Origin: an uncultured delta proteobacterium
GTDB taxonomy: Bacteria > Myxococcota_A > UBA9160 > UBA4427
Assembly (NCBI GenBank): GCA_963822965.1
Contig: CAWGJT010000005.1
Location: forward strand, 1,408,001-1,472,000
Reading direction: 5' to 3'
Length of the DNA: 64,000 bases
The number at the start of each line of letters is the position of its first letter. Positions within the stretch are counted from its first letter, which is position 1. Made by a program: the position numbers and the translations under genes. The notes beneath the pieces are model-generated. The model did not search any database and was not told where the DNA came from. It saw only the letters and a program-made list of their open reading frames with translations. Positions 60,203 through 64,000 of the stretch are shown here, one piece after another.

Positions 60203-63200
60203 TCAGGGCTTGGTGGCCGCACAGGTCTGGCGGATGGGGGGCGCCCCGAATCCTTCCAGATTGCGGCGCAGGATGACCACGTCCAGGACGTTGCAGTCAC
60301 CGTCCTCGTTGATGTCGCACTTCTGGGGTGGCGTCACCGCCCCCGGAACTTCTGCGAGCACCTCGCGGAGCCGCGTGACATCGGCGGCCTGTATGATGCC
60401 ATCGTCGTCCCAGTCGCCGCAGAAGCAGTCGTCGCCGATGCCGTCGGGCGTGCTCGTCTGGATGCCCCCGGAGTCGAGTCCCGAGTCCGCGATCCACGGA
60501 CAGAGGTCCGAGGCGTCGGGCTGGTTGTCGCCGTCGAAGTCGCAGCTCGCGGGCGCGCAGGTGGGCACGAAGTCGTCGCAGAGCCGGAACGCCTGGGCAT
60601 CCGGGACGAGCTGACCGTCGAGACACAGCTGCGGCTGATCGGGATCGACGCCCACCAGATCCCCGTCGAAGGACACGAAGAGGTCGAGGGCCTGGTCCCC
60701 ATTCAGGTCGATGACCTGGCTGAAGACGACCGGGGCCGCCCCCGGGCCGAGCGCGAGGTCGGGCACCGAGACGTCGCTCGTGGCGTCGAGGCCGAGGGTC
60801 GTGAAGATCGCCGCCGTGATGAATCCGGGAGCCGTGGGGTCGACGTAGTTCGGCTCCTCGCCGGGAATCAGGTCGAATGACAGGCGCTGGGCCCGCCCCG
60901 TACGCACCAGGCCCCACGTGTGCGTGTTGGCGGGATCCGAGGGATCCGGCCAGGAGTAGAGGGTGTCGCCGCCCGCCGAGGGATGCGCGAGCTCCAGCTG
61001 GAGGTGGGCGAGTGTGGGCGGGTCGCCCATGTCGGGGCCCGGAATCCGGAACTCCACGCTCAGAGAGTCCGGTCCGTCGGCGGCGGCGCCGTCGATGTCG
61101 GCGGGCGGATCCTGCTGCACCAGGCCTCCCAGACCATCGCCCAGATAGAAGGCGAAGCCGTCGTAGCTCGTCAGCTCGAGTGCGCCGTCTTGGGTCGTGA
61201 TCTGCGACCCGTCGTCCGGGTTCGTGTCCACGCGAAGGGTGACGATCTCGATGTCCCCCGCGCTGGGGTTCTTGGGCAGCCCCGCCGCGCACACCCAGAT
61301 GCTGCCACCGCCCGAGACCGTGCGCACCTGTGCGGCGGTCGGGATCGCGCCGCTCGCGCTGCGCAGCCGAATCGGATCCGTGTCGGCCAGGTACGCGACG
61401 TCGTCACATCGCCCGTCCAGCACCGGAGTACCGCCGTCCCGAATCTCCTTCGGCTCCACGCTGAGCGACGCAGTGGCCGAGCCGACGCCGCCTTCGCCGT
61501 CGTCGGCGTCGAGCTGCACCGTGTAGTCGCCCGGTGCGAGGTCCACGAGGGACAGGCGCTCACCCGTGCCCGTGCGCGACACGGGACCGGTCACGGTCCA
61601 CGTCAGGGCGGCGCCCGAGAGCGTCCCCGCCTCGTCGCTGTACGCACGACCCAGCAGCACGACCTCCTCTCCCACGCGCAGCCGCGCGTGGTCGGGCACC
61701 GACGCGTCGTCGAGAGTGCGGAAGCCGATCTCCACCTCCAGTGGGTCCGGCAACACCGTGAACGCCGGGGAGAGGGCGCTCGTCGAGTGAAGGCCGTCCG
61801 ACGCCGTGACCTCCAGCCGGCATTGGCTGCACTGACCGAGGCCGCGCGTGTCGCGGCTCAGGCTGTCGAATGGCGTCTGGTAGAGGAGGACCTGCCAGGT
61901 GACTCCATCGTCGCGGCTGTAGCGAACGAGGTAGCGGAGTGGCTCGCCATCCGGGTCGCTGCCGCTCCATGCGGCCTTGAAGTTACCGGAGAAGACCTGC
62001 GCGGCGGCGGGCGCGTCGACGCTGACCGAGGGCGGCGCGCCACCCGCGCCCAGCATGCCCACGACGAGCCCCCCGAATTGGAGGTCGCGCAGCACCAGGC
62101 GCGATACCGCCGGATCGCGCGGGATCCGCGCCACGAGGATGGCGCGCGCGTCGGCGAACTCCTCGTTGGGCAGCAGGTAGACCGGGTGGCTGGATAGGAG
62201 GCCGTCGGCAGCGTCGCGCTGCTCGAGAATCCAGCGCGGGGCGACGGAGAGCTGCGCCAGCAGGACGCTGGTCTTGCCGTCGGCCGCGCCGCTCAGCTCC
62301 AGGGCATGGTCGAACTCGAAGTCGACGCCCCCCACCGTCTCGAGGGCCGAGACCAGGATCTCCGGCCCGGCGGCCTGGGCCCCGGCATCCTGGACGAGCG
62401 CCGCGCCCGCGCCGGCGGGTACGAAGTCGAGCTCCCCGAAGACGCCCTGGTAGGTGTAGTCCGAGGGCCAACGCGCGATGGGTGGGCTGGCGCGGTGGCC
62501 GTAGGACAACAGGTCTGCGGTGACGAGCGGGGGAAGGACGGTGAGGCTGATGGGGTCGAGTCCGACGTGCGCGTCGGGGTCGTCCACGTCGAGCTGGCAC
62601 ACGGGATACGGATAGCCCGGGTCGACCCCGTCCGGATCGCCGGGCGCGCAGTCGATGTGATCGCGGCCGTAGTTGTGGCCGAGCTCGTGGGCCATCGTGA
62701 CGCCACTGACCGAGCTGTTGGCGACGTTGTTCGAAGGGTCGAGGCCGAACTGCAAGAAGACGATGATCGAGCTACCCAGGGAGGAGCCGTTGACGGCCGG
62801 ATTGGGATGTCCCTCTGGCACCAGCACGACCTGATGCGTCACGGCGTTGTCGGCGTCACAGGACGCCGGATCGTCGCGGAAGATGTCGTGGAGCTCCAGG
62901 CGCCACAGCAGGGGCTCGATGTCGTCGTCGTCCTTGCTGACCTCGTAGGGTCCCGACGAGAACGGGAACTCGTACTCCTCCCAGGGGTCGCCGCCCGGCC
63001 AGAACCAACGAACCTCGGGCGTCGGCAGCAGCACCCGGTTGCGCTCGAGCACCCGGCGATAGAAGGAGCGATATCCGCCCACGGTTCCCGCGACGGTGCG
63101 CACGGGCATCACCACCGCGCAGATCGGCGACTTGGGTGCGAAGGAAGGGGCGACCAGCACCTCGTTGTCGGTCTCGTTGGTCTCGCGCACCACCGAGCCC

Positions 63201-64000
63201 GGGTCCAGCACGCCGCGTAGGACGATGTCGCCCTGCGTCCAGGACTCGGGCATCCGGAACAGGATGCCCTCGTCGAGGGTGGTGCGGTCCGGGAGGGCGT
63301 TGCCGAGGGGGTGCGAGAAGCGCGGAATGGGGTCGAGGGGGGAGCCGGGAAGCGGCGATCCACCGGACGTAGTCCCGACCAGATGCGCCAGCGGCCAGGC
63401 GCTGAAGGTCGTCTCACCGAGGGAGCCCGGCTCCACGCGCGCACGCAGGCGGGCGAAGGTCTCCTTTCCTTGTACGAGCGGAACGCTGTTGCTGGGCTCC
63501 TGGACGACCTGTACCACCTCGAGCTCCTCGGCCACGAGGTTGGGCGGAGTCAACGCCTGGGCATTCACGGGCAAGCGGCGGATCACCGAATCGGACACGT
63601 TGACCCAGTAGAGGTAGTCGCCACTGGCGACGAACTGGTAGTAGGTGAAGAAGCGGTCTATGAGCAGCAGCTCATTGCTCGAGCCCGCGAAGCGCCGGCG
63701 CACGAGGTCGCCATTGGGCCCGCGCAGCTCCAGCCAATAGATCGCCTCGTCGTCCACCGCCATGGCCTGGAGTACGGGATCGCCGACCGCCACGGTCGCC
63801 TCGACGGTCGGCGCGCCTCCCAGCTCGAGGTCCGAGCGCACGGTCACGGGGCCGCTGCCCACCGCCGGGCCGTCGGCCCAGTAGACGCGGCCGTTTCCCA
63901 GGGCGTAGCTCTGGGCACGCCCGATCTGCGTTCCGAGCCAGAAGTCGCCGAAGGGCCCGCCGGTGATGAAGTCCGCGCGGTAGAGAAACTCGCCGCTGCG
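60203..64000 (-). CDS. Large secreted multidomain metalloprotease (5' end outside the window)
   Basis: Frame open to the window edge; HELGHNYGRDH (HExxHxxGxxH), CARDB-like LDP..VVRETNETDNE, TSP3-like DGD..PD..DLCP, dockerin-like C-terminal repeats. Confidence 0.8.
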   Translation of the reverse strand, partial: RSGEFLYRADFITGGPFGDFWLGTQIGRAQSYALGNGRVYWADGPAVGSGPVTVRSDLELGGAPTVEATVAVGDPVLQAMAVDDEAIYWLELRGPNGDLVRRRFAGSSNELLLIDRFFTYYQFVASGDYLYWVNVSDSVIRRLPVNAQALTPPNLVAEELEVVQVVQEPSNSVPLVQGKETFARLRARVEPGSLGETTFSAWPLAHLVGTTSGGSPLPGSPLDPIPRFSHPLGNALPDRTTLDEGILFRMPESWTQGDIVLRGVLDPGSVVRETNETDNEVLVAPSFAPKSPICAVVMPVRTVAGTVGGYRSFYRRVLERNRVLLPTPEVRWFWPGGDPWEEYEFPFSSGPYEVSKDDDDIEPLLWRLELHDIFRDDPASCDADNAVTHQVVLVPEGHPNPAVNGSSLGSSIIVFLQFGLDPSNNVANSSVSGVTMAHELGHNYGRDHIDCAPGDPDGVDPGYPYPVCQLDVDDPDAHVGLDPISLTVLPPLVTADLLSYGHRASPPIARWPSDYTYQGVFGELDFVPAGAGAALVQDAGAQAAGPEILVSALETVGGVDFEFDHALELSGAADGKTSVLLAQLSVAPRWILEQRDAADGLLSSHPVYLLPNEEFADARAILVARIPRDPAVSRLVLRDLQFGGLVVGMLGAGGAPPSVSVDAPAAAQVFSGNFKAAWSGSDPDGEPLRYLVRYSRDDGVTWQVLLYQTPFDSLSRDTRGLGQCSQCRLEVTASDGLHSTSALSPAFTVLPDPLEVEIGFRTLDDASVPDHARLRVGEEVVLLGRAYSDEAGTLSGAALTWTVTGPVSRTGTGERLSLVDLAPGDYTVQLDADDGEGGVGSATASLSVEPKEIRDGGTPVLDGRCDDVAYLADTDPIRLRSASGAIPTAAQVRTVSGGGSIWVCAAGLPKNPSAGDIEIVTLRVDTNPDDGSQITTQDGALELTSYDGFAFYLGDGLGGLVQQDPPADIDGAAADGPDSLSVEFRIPGPDMGDPPTLAHLQLELAHPSAGGDTLYSWPDPSDPANTHTWGLVRTGRAQRLSFDLIPGEEPNYVDPTAPGFITAAIFTTLGLDATSDVSVPDLALGPGAAPVVFSQVIDLNGDQALDLFVSFDGDLVGVDPDQPQLCLDGQLVPDAQAFRLCDDFVPTCAPASCDFDGDNQPDASDLCPWIADSGLDSGGIQTSTPDGIGDDCFCGDWDDDGIIQAADVTRLREVLAEVPGAVTPPQKCDINEDGDCNVLDVVILRRNLEGFGAPPIRQTCAATKP

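Overview
GC-rich bacterial window (PEP-CTERM-like and CGLxG-type sorting tails, steroid genes and a sulfotransferase/DUF1214 pair suggest a Myxococcota/Deltaproteobacteria-like host; inference only). Positions ~108-51313 look like an accessory island at the 3' end of tRNA-Ser(GGA): the 113 bp ending in the tRNA CCA recur, ungapped and ~73% identical, at 1-113. The island contains an ATP-grasp-like gene, IS remnants, a decaheme cytochrome/flavoprotein module, a P-type ATPase, a tRNA-Arg 3' half (att scar), an igr-like steroid side-chain operon, a five-gene putative defence operon (patatin, gluzincin peptidase, MBL hydrolase, membrane-anchored SIR2-ABC ATPase, HNH), and a hybrid RiPP cluster (NHLP precursor with leader, Ser/Cys core and follower; P450; cyclase-less LanM-type dehydratase; fused YcaO cyclodehydratase; SagB dehydrogenase). 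It also holds an IS110 broken by two hairpin insertions, a cyclase-AAA-TPR gene and a GHKL/nuclease remnant. Seven copies of an ~85-bp repeat, with a XerD-arm-like motif and an IS91 oriIS-like end, mark the module boundaries and abut truncated genes. Right of the two tRNA-Ser genes are ordinary chromosomal genes (sulfotransferase, DUF1214, cytochrome c', tesB, TetR, MscS-like, mgtE, large secreted metalloprotease). All calls come from motif recognition by eye; no database searches were run. Several single-base frameshifts may be assembly errors.
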